A DNA stretch of 59,932 bases from a virus (taxonomy: Duplodnaviria; Caudoviricetes). Under the pieces are notes generated by a model. That model did not search any database and was not told the origin of the DNA. It saw only the letters and a list, made by a program, of their open reading frames with translations. The stretch is from positions 1 through 59,932 of the IMG/VR virus record IMGVR_UViG_3300042560_001663; one strand, written 5' to 3'. Shown in pieces: positions 20,726-29,520 of this stretch (position 1 is the first letter of the stretch; each line of letters begins with the position of its first letter). Position numbers and translations under genes: made by a program.

Positions 20726-20750
20726 TTTTGTGAATCCATTTGACTCCCAT
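20670..20750 (-). CDS. Possible 26-aa basic peptide MGVKWIHKNGYSRPDKRTLKKGGKKK
   Basis: Not in track. GGAG SD 6 nt before ATG, downstream of CTAAATA at 20782-20788. Confidence 0.45.
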   Translation of the reverse strand: MGVKWIHKNGYSRPDKRTLKKGGKKK

Positions 20751-20969
20751 TTTTTGCTCCGGAAATTTTTTATTAGAGTGATATTTAGAGGTCGATTTGT
20801 CACCTCTGTAGGTTAGGGTAGTTTGCCTTTTTTAATAAGGGGGGGGGGCTTAATAACAACGCCCGATATAAACAATCAACAATAAATCGCAAACACTGCT
20901 GATAACTATCACGAATCAATCACGATTGCACACTGATTATAATCACTTAACACATTTTCCACATACTAT

Positions 20970-21012
20970 AAACGAAAGGTGAGGGCACTGATTAACACTC
21001 AGCACCCTCACC
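20970..21012 (-). terminator. Rho-independent terminator ending the early cluster
   Basis: ggtgagggtgctga-gtgttaa-tcagtgccctcacc (14 bp with two G-U pairs on minus-strand RNA) followed by tttcgttt. Confidence 0.75.
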
Positions 21013-21024
21013 AGTTACTGACAA

Positions 21025-21150
21025 TCAGAACTCTACTTCTGCCTCCTCACGATCACTCTCAACGTCGGCAACGATTGTATCCAGAATGGAAAGAATCTCG
21101 TTTCCGTTGTTACCTTGTGCCAGAAGAGAAAGAATCACTGAACGGTTCAT
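21025..21150 (-). CDS. Small acidic protein (41 aa)
   Basis: Not in track. MNRSVILSLLAQGNNGNEILSILDTIVADVESDREEAEVEF; followed by a terminator. Confidence 0.7.
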   Translation of the reverse strand: MNRSVILSLLAQGNNGNEILSILDTIVADVESDREEAEVEF

Positions 21151-21183
21151 AATCACGAAGGAAAGTAAGGTGAACTGTGTGCT

Positions 21184-21225
21184 GGGAATGAGTATATTTA
21201 ATGACCCCTCATTCCCGTTGGGTCA
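21184..21225 (-). promoter_or_regulatory. H-type RNA pseudoknot in intergenic leader
   Basis: S1 UGACCC/GGGUCA (6 bp), S2 GGGAAUGAG/CUCAUUCCC (9 bp), all Watson-Crick, loops 3/0/9 nt. Confidence 0.65.
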
Positions 21226-21238
21226 GTGTAAATGAAAC

Positions 21239-21493
21239 TTAGAAATCAAACACGTCTGAGTTAAGTTGAACGACGTTAACTTTGGGGTCGGCAAACTTCA
21301 CACCGTCCTTAGTTTCACTCACTCCATACTCATCATAGAGACGATTTACAAGGGTTTCATAATCACCACACTCAGCAGCAAGGTGATACAAACCTTCTTC
21401 ATTGTTGATCCAGAGAGCAACATTCCAGGTCTCATAATTCTCCCAACCGTTATACTCAGTGGAGAGCAGATTGCGTTGGTAGGATGCAGTCAT
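21239..21493 (-). CDS. Hypothetical phage protein (YNGWENYETWNVALW)
   Basis: Motif typical of a widespread small phage protein family; downstream of a repeat-type promoter. Confidence 0.75.
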   Translation of the reverse strand: MTASYQRNLLSTEYNGWENYETWNVALWINNEEGLYHLAAECGDYETLVNRLYDEYGVSETKDGVKFADPKVNVVQLNSDVFDF

Positions 21494-21616
21494 TGGAGGA
21501 AAAGTGTTGGGGGGTTTGTGTTGATGAATCCCTCACCAACAAGAGTAGAATAGCAGATTTTGAGTGCTGTGCTCATTGATTGTGCCAGTTCATTTATTGG
21601 CACATCGTATCAACAA

Positions 21617-21820
21617 TCAATCGGAAACTTGAGTGTAAAGTGCATTGAAAGCATTGTAGTCAGTGTAATAAAATGTCTGACGACTTTTGCAAAAAAGATA
21701 ATAAGCATCACAACCAAGTTTATAATCAGAAACAACATAATTCCAGTAACCATCAGTCACAACAGTGCCGATTTGTTCTTTGATCAGGTTGTAATCTACT
21801 TTGGTTTGAGTGTTGCTCAT
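21617..21820 (-). CDS. Hypothetical early protein
   Basis: Single ORF exactly filling the interval between two repeat elements 300 bp apart. Confidence 0.7.
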   Translation of the reverse strand: MSNTQTKVDYNLIKEQIGTVVTDGYWNYVVSDYKLGCDAYYLFCKSRQTFYYTDYNAFNALYTQVSD

Positions 21821-21889
21821 TTGGAGGTGTGTCTCTCAACTTCTATAGAATACACCAAACAGAACTCTGTGCTCATTGATTGTGCCAGT

Positions 21890-22276
21890 TCAGATATTGT
21901 CCACACTATAAACGAACTGACGACCGATTGCATTGCGAAAGTCATTCAAATTGGAGAGAATCTGTTGACGATTGTGATAGACTTTCTCACAACCTTGAAT
22001 GAACAGAATTGACAGCAAAACAGACATTGCGATGATAGAAAGAACTGCAGATTTGCAATGTGAGTGTAGATAAGTCCGATAGAACTTACCAACAATCAAA
22101 CCAGCATTGTACGTCTTCTCAATCATATTTGCCAGGAAATTGAGCACCCAAAGCAATGCAGAAACGGTGAAGATTTCAGAACCGATTGCATACACTTTGG
22201 TGCCGTATGTGATCACTGTTTGAATCACTTCTGCGGCAGTTTCAAAAGAAGACAGATAGGAAAGTGACAGGTTCAT
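21890..22276 (-). CDS. Hypothetical membrane protein (start revised to MNLSLSY)
   Basis: Two hydrophobic segments; lies between two repeat elements. Confidence 0.6.
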   Translation of the reverse strand: MNLSLSYLSSFETAAEVIQTVITYGTKVYAIGSEIFTVSALLWVLNFLANMIEKTYNAGLIVGKFYRTYLHSHCKSAVLSIIAMSVLLSILFIQGCEKVYHNRQQILSNLNDFRNAIGRQFVYSVDNI

Positions 22277-22696
22277 GATAATTTGTGTGGGAGGTGAGTG
22301 TAGAGAATCCTCAACCACATGAATACAATAACACCTCTCAAGTGCATTTGGGAATGTTATGTGCCACTACAGATATTGTCCATCGTATAATTTAAGACAG
22401 CAAAAAACACTCAATTCTTATATGCTTTTAAGAAACGAGTTACTGATGTCTTCGGTTAGATTGTGCGACGAATGAAGAATCTCTGTGATAAACTTCTGAT
22501 GTCTGTGATAACGAAACTCATAAGATTATGATATTTTTAGTACTGAATCTAGCAGGGAGTTCTATGTATCCAATGCGAAAGACTTATCTCACCAGGTAAA
22601 CTGTCTGTTGTGCTCTCTTGGTATAGAATTGTGCTATAGATTCTGTCTTGAATAACAGTATCTTATGAGTTTATTTATGTTACTTTGATCTTCAAC

Positions 22697-22870
22697 TCAC
22701 CAACGGTCAGGTGTACTTAAGTCCTCAACATATGCCTCACAGTGTTCAGCAGGTTCCAACTTAAAGAGTTTCTCCCAGTTCAATTGATGCGGATCAAAAT
22801 CACTCATCACGTCCAATTCCAGAGTGACTCTATAACGTTGCTTCTGTGCTTGATGATACGCAACTGACAT
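22697..22870 (-). CDS. Hypothetical protein (MSVAYHQAQK...)
   Basis: AGGAG SD and sigma70 promoter immediately upstream; the track's TTG start is the -35 box. Confidence 0.7.
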   Translation of the reverse strand: MSVAYHQAQKQRYRVTLELDVMSDFDPHQLNWEKLFKLEPAEHCEAYVEDLSTPDRW

Positions 22871-22898
22871 AAGTGGTGCTCCTGATGTGTATGTGAGT

Positions 22899-22927
22899 AT
22901 CCTAAGATGCCTTGTGATTGTTGTCAA
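22899..22927 (-). promoter_or_regulatory. sigma70-type promoter TTGACA-17-TAGGAT
   Basis: -35 at 22922-22927, -10 at 22899-22904. Confidence 0.75.
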
Positions 22928-23002
22928 GGGGTTGGGTTATTTATTTGAGTGAGTGTAGGTTTATAAAGGTTATGTGGGGATTTTATGATATTCCGGGGGG
23001 TC

Positions 23003-23031
23003 TTGACATTTGGGAGAGTTCGTGTTATGAT
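23003..23031 (+). promoter_or_regulatory. Plus-strand sigma70-type promoter TTGACA-17-TATGAT with extended -10
   Basis: -35 at 23003-23008, TG at 23023-23024, -10 at 23026-23031; no ORF downstream on +. Confidence 0.7.
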
Positions 23032-23040
23032 GCGACCTCT

Positions 23041-23133
23041 TAGATAACAAGACTCCGGTACATTAAAAGACTCATAGATCACAACACCTGGACACATTTA
23101 TAAGCATCTAAATCATCACCTTTCAGATACATT
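23041..23133 (+). repeat. Three imperfect direct repeats, 34-bp period
   Basis: tagataacaagactccggtacatt (23041), tagatcacaacacctggacacatt (23075), taaatcatcacctttcagatacatt (23109). Confidence 0.5.
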
Positions 23134-23282
23134 CAACTCAACATTTATACACCTATTCTCAACACATTCCCTTATTGATTCTCAATTAGATAATACTTAT
23201 TGAGAATGAATTAAACAGTTCATTTATATTAAATAATACATTTTTAATTGATTTTTAATACTTTTAGGCACAAAATCACCAT

Positions 23283-23462
23283 TTATTTGTTTAATCGTTG
23301 CAATTCACTTACAAAGAAAGATGCTTGCTCTGGTGACTCACATACAGTAGCAATGTAACTATAACCATTGGAAAATGTCCGACGAATCTTATTACCTTCT
23401 GCACTGTATGTACCGTACTTTTCATTCAACTGATTCAATACAATTCTCAATAGATTAAACAT
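23283..23462 (-). CDS. 59-aa protein, tandem paralog 2
   Basis: Not in track. MFNLLRIVLNQLNEKYGTYSAEGNKIRRTFSNGYSYIATVCESPEQASFFVSELQRLNK. Confidence 0.8.
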   Translation of the reverse strand: MFNLLRIVLNQLNEKYGTYSAEGNKIRRTFSNGYSYIATVCESPEQASFFVSELQRLNK

Positions 23463-23634
23463 TACAATTCACCACTTGATTGAGTTGATTGACGATTCTT
23501 TCTGCTTCTTTTGATGACTTACATACAGTGGAAATATAACTATAACCATTGGGAAATGTTCTACGAATCTTGTTACCTTCCTGAGTGTATGTTCCGTACT
23601 TGACTTTTATTTGATTGAGAAGAAAACGAATCAT
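23455..23634 (-). CDS. 59-aa protein, tandem paralog 1
   Basis: Not in track. MIRFLLNQIKVKYGTYTQEGNKIRRTFPNGYSYISTVCKSSKEAERIVNQLNQVVNCNV; start overlaps upstream stop (ATGA). Confidence 0.8.
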   Translation of the reverse strand: MIRFLLNQIKVKYGTYTQEGNKIRRTFPNGYSYISTVCKSSKEAERIVNQLNQVVNCNV

Positions 23635-23930
23635 AGATTTACACCAAGCACATTCATAATAACTTGTTTAGTATTACGACCAGAAGGATTGTGATAATTC
23701 ATATAAAGATAATCAAGAACTTTGGCATATTGATCTTCTATACAAAGTAAACCTTTCACTGGACGATGAATCTCAATCTTTAAAACTTTGCACACGTACT
23801 GAACAAAATGTGTTCCTTTTTGAAACAGACTCAGAGTCTTGATTGGAACTAATTTACAATCATTTACCTCAATCAAATCAGGAAGATTAGAATAACCGAA
23901 GAAAGCAGAATCAAAGATTGTGGTAGTCAT
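23631..23930 (-). CDS. Hypothetical protein (99 aa)
   Basis: ORF track; stop coupled to the next start. Confidence 0.65.
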   Translation of the reverse strand: MTTTIFDSAFFGYSNLPDLIEVNDCKLVPIKTLSLFQKGTHFVQYVCKVLKIEIHRPVKGLLCIEDQYAKVLDYLYMNYHNPSGRNTKQVIMNVLGVNL

Positions 23931-24123
23931 TGTATCAAGAGAAAGTGAGTTGTTTGACTTTGATTTTACACTGAAGGAGTTACATTGATTTCTTTGATGT
24001 TCAATCCACAGAGTTGATTGTAGACACGATTGAGAATCAATTTATCAGCAGACTTTGCCCTTGATTTCTCATACCAAATCGTCACACATCCATCATAGGT
24101 TTCAACTTGGATTCTGTAGTTTT

Positions 24124-24258
24124 TCATTTGATTAAACGTGCAGGAGAACCACAAGAACGATAGAACTCAATCATACGATTTGCTTCTTCAAGTGTAGAGA
24201 AACTTTGCGTTCTCCACTCTTGATTGTTGTATGGAGTTTGGTAAGTGATTGTGAACAT
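24124..24258 (-). CDS. Small hypothetical protein (44 aa)
   Basis: Not in track. MFTITYQTPYNNQEWRTQSFSTLEEANRMIEFYRSCGSPARLIK; stop overlaps the ATG of MKNYRIQ. Confidence 0.65.
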   Translation of the reverse strand: MFTITYQTPYNNQEWRTQSFSTLEEANRMIEFYRSCGSPARLIK

Positions 24259-25516
24259 CATTCAGAAAGTAACAGATTTGACATCATCAGCATACTTTTG
24301 AGCATACCGATTTGCAATGAGTGATGCACTACTGAAACCAAGATACTTTTGATTCTGATACATTGCCCAGATCAATTTCTTGGTTTGAAGATCAGAACAA
24401 GCAACGAAAGTCATCATTCAACCTCCACCATAAACATAGGACACAACACCTTCAGGATGATTGACATTTTCAATCACCTTAATCGGTGCTTCATTAAACT
24501 CTTTTTGCCTTTCTTTGTTATGATCTTTAGCATAGATGCTATCATCATTTCTTCCAAACTTTTTCATAAAGATTTGTTCGCAACGAGGCAAAGATTCAGC
24601 AGCAATCACACACATTCCAGAAGTGTAATCGTAAAGAACATCGGAGATGATGTAGAGATTCATTGGATTCAATCCTGTGCAGAAGAGAAGGTTTCAATGA
24701 ACAAATCCCAGGCAGGATTGTCATCAACAAAAGAATGAATGTTGCACTGATCGCACACCCATTCGTATGCAGAATCACAATCTGCATCAGTATTCAGAAC
24801 AAACGATTGCAGACCTGAAATTGCACTCAGGAAAGCATCATCAGTGACGAGTGATAGACGAAACTTGTTTGTGTGCTTGTCTTGAATCATTGTCATTTGA
24901 GTTGGATTCCTTTGACTCTCTTAATATACAGGAGATTGGGGGCAGTGGGTCGTTGTGTGTGCCACCTGTTCAACTGGCACATCATTACATTTTAGATGTG
25001 AAATCAGACATCATTGTTGTAAACGTCTTGTTCAATTTGAGAGAGAACTTGTTGATTGCACTTTTCTGGAATCAACTCATCATTCTCATCACACAATTCA
25101 CTCAACCAATCATCAAATTGCATCTGATTGAGTGATTGTAGATTGTCCAGTTGTTGTTCAATAGAACGAAGAAGTTGTGCTTGAGTCATTGTTTTGTATC
25201 AATTTGTAGTTTGATAATTGTTGTCAATGCGATCAGAAAAAGTAAACCAGAAATGAATACTCCTACACCATAAACTCCACAATTTGCATCATGATTCAAT
25301 CCACATGTTGAACTATTCCATGAATCGGAAACTTGAAGTGATTGTTTCATCATCAATCACCAAATACTTGTGCATTTTCTTCTGGTGTGACATTGGTAAC
25401 TTCACTTTCCAGAATCTCAATGTTGAACAGATCAAACAACTGATAGAGTGCTTGTTCCAATATCACTGGATTGACTTCTGCTTTATCAATCGTGAATGAA
25501 ATTGTTGAAGTGTTCA

Positions 25517-25711
25517 TTAGAAATCAACCTCCCAATCTTTGTCGTTGTGAAGAGAAACCCAGAAGTGATTTTTGTTGTTGAGTGAACGTAGAAAGACACG
25601 ATCACCTTTGTTTTGTTCAATCACACATTCCGATTCTGATTGCATTAGGTTACAGAATCGGTTGCGTGCTTTCTTAGACTTTGGAGTGACAAATGCGGTG
25701 TTCATCATCAG
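25517..25711 (-). CDS. Hypothetical protein, paralog of 59613..59822
   Basis: V.PKS.KA.NRF.N.M...EQ...F..S.N....FW....ND..W shared by both. Confidence 0.7.
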   Translation of the reverse strand: MMMNTAFVTPKSKKARNRFCNLMQSESECVIEQNKGDRVFLRSLNNKNHFWVSLHNDKDWEVDF

Positions 25712-26016
25712 AAATCCTTGGTGGAAAATGCAATTCTCATATTGCTGCTCAGAAACAAACAACCCCAGGAATCAAAAGAGAACCAAGGTGCAAGAGTAAA
25801 CACACCAGGGACTTCTTTACACTCTTTCAGTGCTTTCTTGGGAAACCAAATTGTGTGTCGGGGAGTGTGAACTGAACCGAATTGAATTGCTTTTTCAGTT
25901 TCTTTAATCTTCTCAACAGGGAGAACATTAAAGTTGTGCTTGCGTCCCAGATTGATGAGGCAAACACTGTTTTCATTCACGGAAGAATGAATGTCAGTGA
26001 GAGTTGCGGTGTTCAT
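25708..26016 (-). CDS. Hypothetical early protein (start revised to MNTATL)
   Basis: First ATG after the repeat promoter at 26042-26099. Confidence 0.65.
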   Translation of the reverse strand: MNTATLTDIHSSVNENSVCLINLGRKHNFNVLPVEKIKETEKAIQFGSVHTPRHTIWFPKKALKECKEVPGVFTLAPWFSFDSWGCLFLSSNMRIAFSTKDF

Positions 26017-26894
26017 TGGAGTTTTGTCTCTCAACTTCTATAGAATACAGGAAATTGGTGGCAGTGCTCATACCTTGTGCCAGTTCCTTAACTGTCCACA
26101 TTCTCTACACTTTCCAGCATCAATCGTCCCCAAAGTTGTTAGAAAGAAAGTCCTCAAGTTCAGTAAGTTTGTCGTTACTTAAGTTCCAAACATACTCACT
26201 GATGATAGTATCAAAAAGGTCAGCATCTTCACGACACTTTTCTTTCAAAAACCACTCAATTTCAGTTCGGTTAGTCATTTTTGGAACATGATTGCAGTTT
26301 GGTCGCATACAGTTTACGGGCACATTCATATTCCTGTTCAGAATAGTTCCCGTTGTCTATTGTCCAGATTAGTGCTTCCAAAAGGACATCAATCTGTTCA
26401 TCAGTGAAGTGAAACTCTTTGCGGGTGTTAGTCATTTCAGAACGTGAATGTAGTCAAAGGTTTTAATACACCAACCAGTTGCACAAGTGATTTCTTCAAC
26501 TAAATCTTCCTCATCACTTGCTTCCCAGACAGTGTTAGTGACTTCATCAATGATTTGTTGTTGGGCATCTTGAGAAATTGTGCCAAAATCATCCTCAAAA
26601 TCAAACTCAATGTCAACGACTTGGAATAACATAATCAGTAGTTAGAAACGGTTTGGAAAATGATACCAGTTGAGTTGTAACGCAAGTCAACATCACACTG
26701 GTATTCTTCACTCAAACTGTATGCCAAATCAACTGCACGATCTACATCAGTAGTGGTATTCTCCCAAGGAGCAGCATAACATTTGACATCAATTCGGGTG
26801 TCTGGTGAGTGTCTCATTGGTTGTGTTTCTTGAACTTCTTAAGAATACAGGTTTTTGGTGGCAGTGGAGATTCTGTGTGCCAGTTCTTAGAGTG

Positions 26895-27176
26895 TCACAC
26901 TGATGCAGACTTTGCAGATCTGATGATGAGATTTTTAATGAAATTAAAAATAAAGTAAGCACCAAATACTTTCACCCAAGCAACATTCAGTCCGATAAGA
27001 AACACAAGAGATGCCCAAATGATTGTAGGAGCAAGGAAAAGAATAATGATGCCTGCAGTATACTTACCAATGGTTCTTCCAAGTTCTCGTGCTTCAACGT
27101 TCATCCTTTCTTCAGGAGTCATTTTAAGTTTGTTGAGTTCTTGAATGAGTTGTTCAGGAGTGATTTCTTTTGTCAT
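26895..27176 (-). CDS. Two-helix membrane protein (start revised to MTKEIT)
   Basis: Hydrophobic hairpin; bounded by two repeat elements, TGA stop inside the palindrome. Confidence 0.65.
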   Translation of the reverse strand: MTKEITPEQLIQELNKLKMTPEERMNVEARELGRTIGKYTAGIIILFLAPTIIWASLVFLIGLNVAWVKVFGAYFIFNFIKNLIIRSAKSASV

Positions 27177-27254
27177 TTGCGTGAATTGCTTTGACTTTTT
27201 AAGAATACAGGATTTTGGTGGCAATGCTCATACCTTGTGCCACTTATTCAACTG

Positions 27255-27728
27255 TCACAGCAGATGCCGTGAAACACTCAAACAGATTGAATCATTTACA
27301 TTTGCGACACCATATTTCTCTTCAATGTATTCATCATAAAGAGTTTCTTCTTGTTCTCTTGCTTCAATTTCGTGCGGTTGATACTCATACTCATACTTTT
27401 CCACTGGTTCTTTACAATAACACATTTTTCCGTAACGAAGTTGCAGTGAACCAGTTACCCATTGACGAAGATGAACCAATTCGTGCAAAAGAGTTTTAAT
27501 ATACAACTCTTTGTCCATATAAGTTGTCAGTTCAATCAAAAAGTGACGAGGACGATGTGCTTCATCAACAAAATCACAATATCCATAAACTTTTTCCCGA
27601 CGCAATCCACGATGTAGAATATCTACATCAACTTTATGACGTGGCAGAAACTTATTGAGAAACCATTGAGTTACATCTTCACAGACAAGTTTGCTGTAAC
27701 CGTATCCAGAATGATAAATGCTGCTCAT
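27255..27728 (-). CDS. Putative zinc metallopeptidase (SprT/IrrE-like, HExxH)
   Basis: TLLHELVHLRQW and downstream YQPHEIEAR. Confidence 0.7.
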   Translation of the reverse strand: MSSIYHSGYGYSKLVCEDVTQWFLNKFLPRHKVDVDILHRGLRREKVYGYCDFVDEAHRPRHFLIELTTYMDKELYIKTLLHELVHLRQWVTGSLQLRYGKMCYCKEPVEKYEYEYQPHEIEAREQEETLYDEYIEEKYGVANVNDSICLSVSRHLL

Positions 27729-27819
27729 AACAAATGATTGAGAAAAAGTTGAGTGATTCTGCATCCCCAGTTCATAAAGATGCAGAATGATGATACAAAG
27801 ATGAGTTTATCAGTTGATG

Positions 27820-28173
27820 TCATCGCAGATACAAATATCCTCCTGCCCAGTCAGCATTTTCAAGACACTTTTCACGAGAAGAAATAGAGAGAAGATTATA
27901 TCTCTCGTGCTTGGCAGGTGCTTTTACACTTGCAGGTTTGAATACGGAACCAGTTTTCTTATCAATAAATGCGTGGATGCTATCACGACGGTCTCCAATG
28001 TGCATCCAGATTTTATGATACTTACGACCAGAACTTTCCAGTTCATAGAAGTAACCATCTGGAGCATCTTGCTGGAGAGCATCACACAGCATCAAACCAT
28101 ACTTAACGATGTTAAGATAAATGGTGTTCCGTGCATCTTGCTGCAAGGCATAATCAGCAAAAGTGGTTGTCAT
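27820..28173 (-). CDS. Conserved hypothetical phage protein
   Basis: GRKYHKI...HAFIDKKTGSVFKPASVKAPAKHERYNL motif typical of a T4-like phage family. Confidence 0.75.
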   Translation of the reverse strand: MTTTFADYALQQDARNTIYLNIVKYGLMLCDALQQDAPDGYFYELESSGRKYHKIWMHIGDRRDSIHAFIDKKTGSVFKPASVKAPAKHERYNLLSISSREKCLENADWAGGYLYLR

Positions 28174-28252
28174 TGGAATGAAATCCCTTGAACTTCTATA
28201 GAATACAGGAAATTGGTGCCAGTGGAGGTTCAGTGTGCCAGTTTCTTAACTG

Positions 28253-28981
28253 TCACATCATGGCAAGCATTAGTGGTTTGTTTATACGATCTTTAGTAAT
28301 TTGATAGTATTTCTCATCACTTTCAATGCCAATAAAGTTTCTGTTTGTATTCACGCAAGCAACACCAGTTGTTCCCGAACCCATCGTATTATCAAGCACA
28401 GTATCACCTTCATTGGTATAAGTTTTGATTAAATACTCCATCAAATCTACTGGTTTTTGTGTAGGGTGCAATCCCTTTTCTTGTTTGAATCGCAACACTG
28501 TTTTAGGATATCTTGATCCATCTGGATTATCCCGATGTTTGCTCTTTGCATTACCATAAACCTCACCAATCTTACTGGTATCTGATGAGAACCCACTGTA
28601 AGGAGTTGAATACCACATTTGTGGGTTATATATGGGTTTCTTGCGATAAAAAACTAAAATGTTTTCGTGTGATTTGAGAGGCATCACTTTTGCGTTCATA
28701 GGATTGGTTCCTTGTGGTTTTTCCCAGATCCATTCATAACGAAAGTTCTCAAGATTAGATGCTGCAAGTATAGTTGTGAATGGTTGTGCTGCAGTGAACA
28801 CCATTGCACCATCTTCCTTGCAGATTCTGTTATATTGCCCCCACAATTTGTCTAGAGGAATAATAGAATCCCATTTACAGGCAGTTGTTCCGTATGGCAA
28901 ATCTACCAACACCATATCAACAGAATTATCTGCAAGTGTTGGTAGAATATCTAAACAATCACCTAGATGAAGATTTACCAT
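28253..28981 (-). CDS. DNA amino-methyltransferase (N6-A/N4-C, beta class)
   Basis: Motif IV DLPY near the N-terminus, IWEK, HE.ILVF, HPTQKP, motif I VLDNTMGSGTTG near the C-terminus. Confidence 0.92.
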   Translation of the reverse strand: MVNLHLGDCLDILPTLADNSVDMVLVDLPYGTTACKWDSIIPLDKLWGQYNRICKEDGAMVFTAAQPFTTILAASNLENFRYEWIWEKPQGTNPMNAKVMPLKSHENILVFYRKKPIYNPQMWYSTPYSGFSSDTSKIGEVYGNAKSKHRDNPDGSRYPKTVLRFKQEKGLHPTQKPVDLMEYLIKTYTNEGDTVLDNTMGSGTTGVACVNTNRNFIGIESDEKYYQITKDRINKPLMLAMM

Positions 28982-29520
28982 TGATCCAGAGACTTTACGA
29001 ACGACATACTCTTTAATTTATCGATCTTTGTGCAGATATAATCATCATTCCCAATAGATTTGCCACCTTGTTGAGGAGCAAACACACATTCATCACTTTT
29101 AAGATGTTGAATAAAATCATCTTTGGTGAACCAAAAGAAACGGCAGTCCTCTTCAGTTGGATTGATTCCAAAAAACACAAGACGTTCCCAATCTTTATCT
29201 TTTGAGACGTGATTGATGATAAACTGATCTTCTTTCACACCACCTTTTTTGTCCCGAGTTGCAAGAGAAAACTTGATCTCTGTCATTATACCATCAATCA
29301 ACCTATCGTGTCCAGCAGTGGAAGTTTTTGCTCTTTTAACTTCACTACACCTTGCCTCAAAGTATTTGGACACAAAACGTTCACCAAACTCACCTTTTTG
29401 CTTGGGAGACATAAAAACGTAACTTTGAAAGGGTGTTCCAATCCAGGGATCTTGCACATTTTTATTGATATAATCTTGAAGAGATCCATCAATAAAAATA
29501 GAATCAAACATTTTTACCAA
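28975..29520 (-). CDS. Putative PD-(D/E)xK restriction endonuclease
   Basis: QKGEFGERFV...GHDRLIDGIMTEIKFS catalytic pattern; overlaps the start of the methyltransferase. Confidence 0.65.
   Translation of the reverse strand: MVKMFDSIFIDGSLQDYINKNVQDPWIGTPFQSYVFMSPKQKGEFGERFVSKYFEARCSEVKRAKTSTAGHDRLIDGIMTEIKFSLATRDKKGGVKEDQFIINHVSKDKDWERLVFFGINPTEEDCRFFWFTKDDFIQHLKSDECVFAPQQGGKSIGNDDYICTKIDKLKSMSFVKSLDQW

Noticed and set aside
20809-20848. Telomere-like TTAGGG / G-quadruplex
   Set aside because: Only one TTAGGG and too few well-spaced G-runs to support either call.
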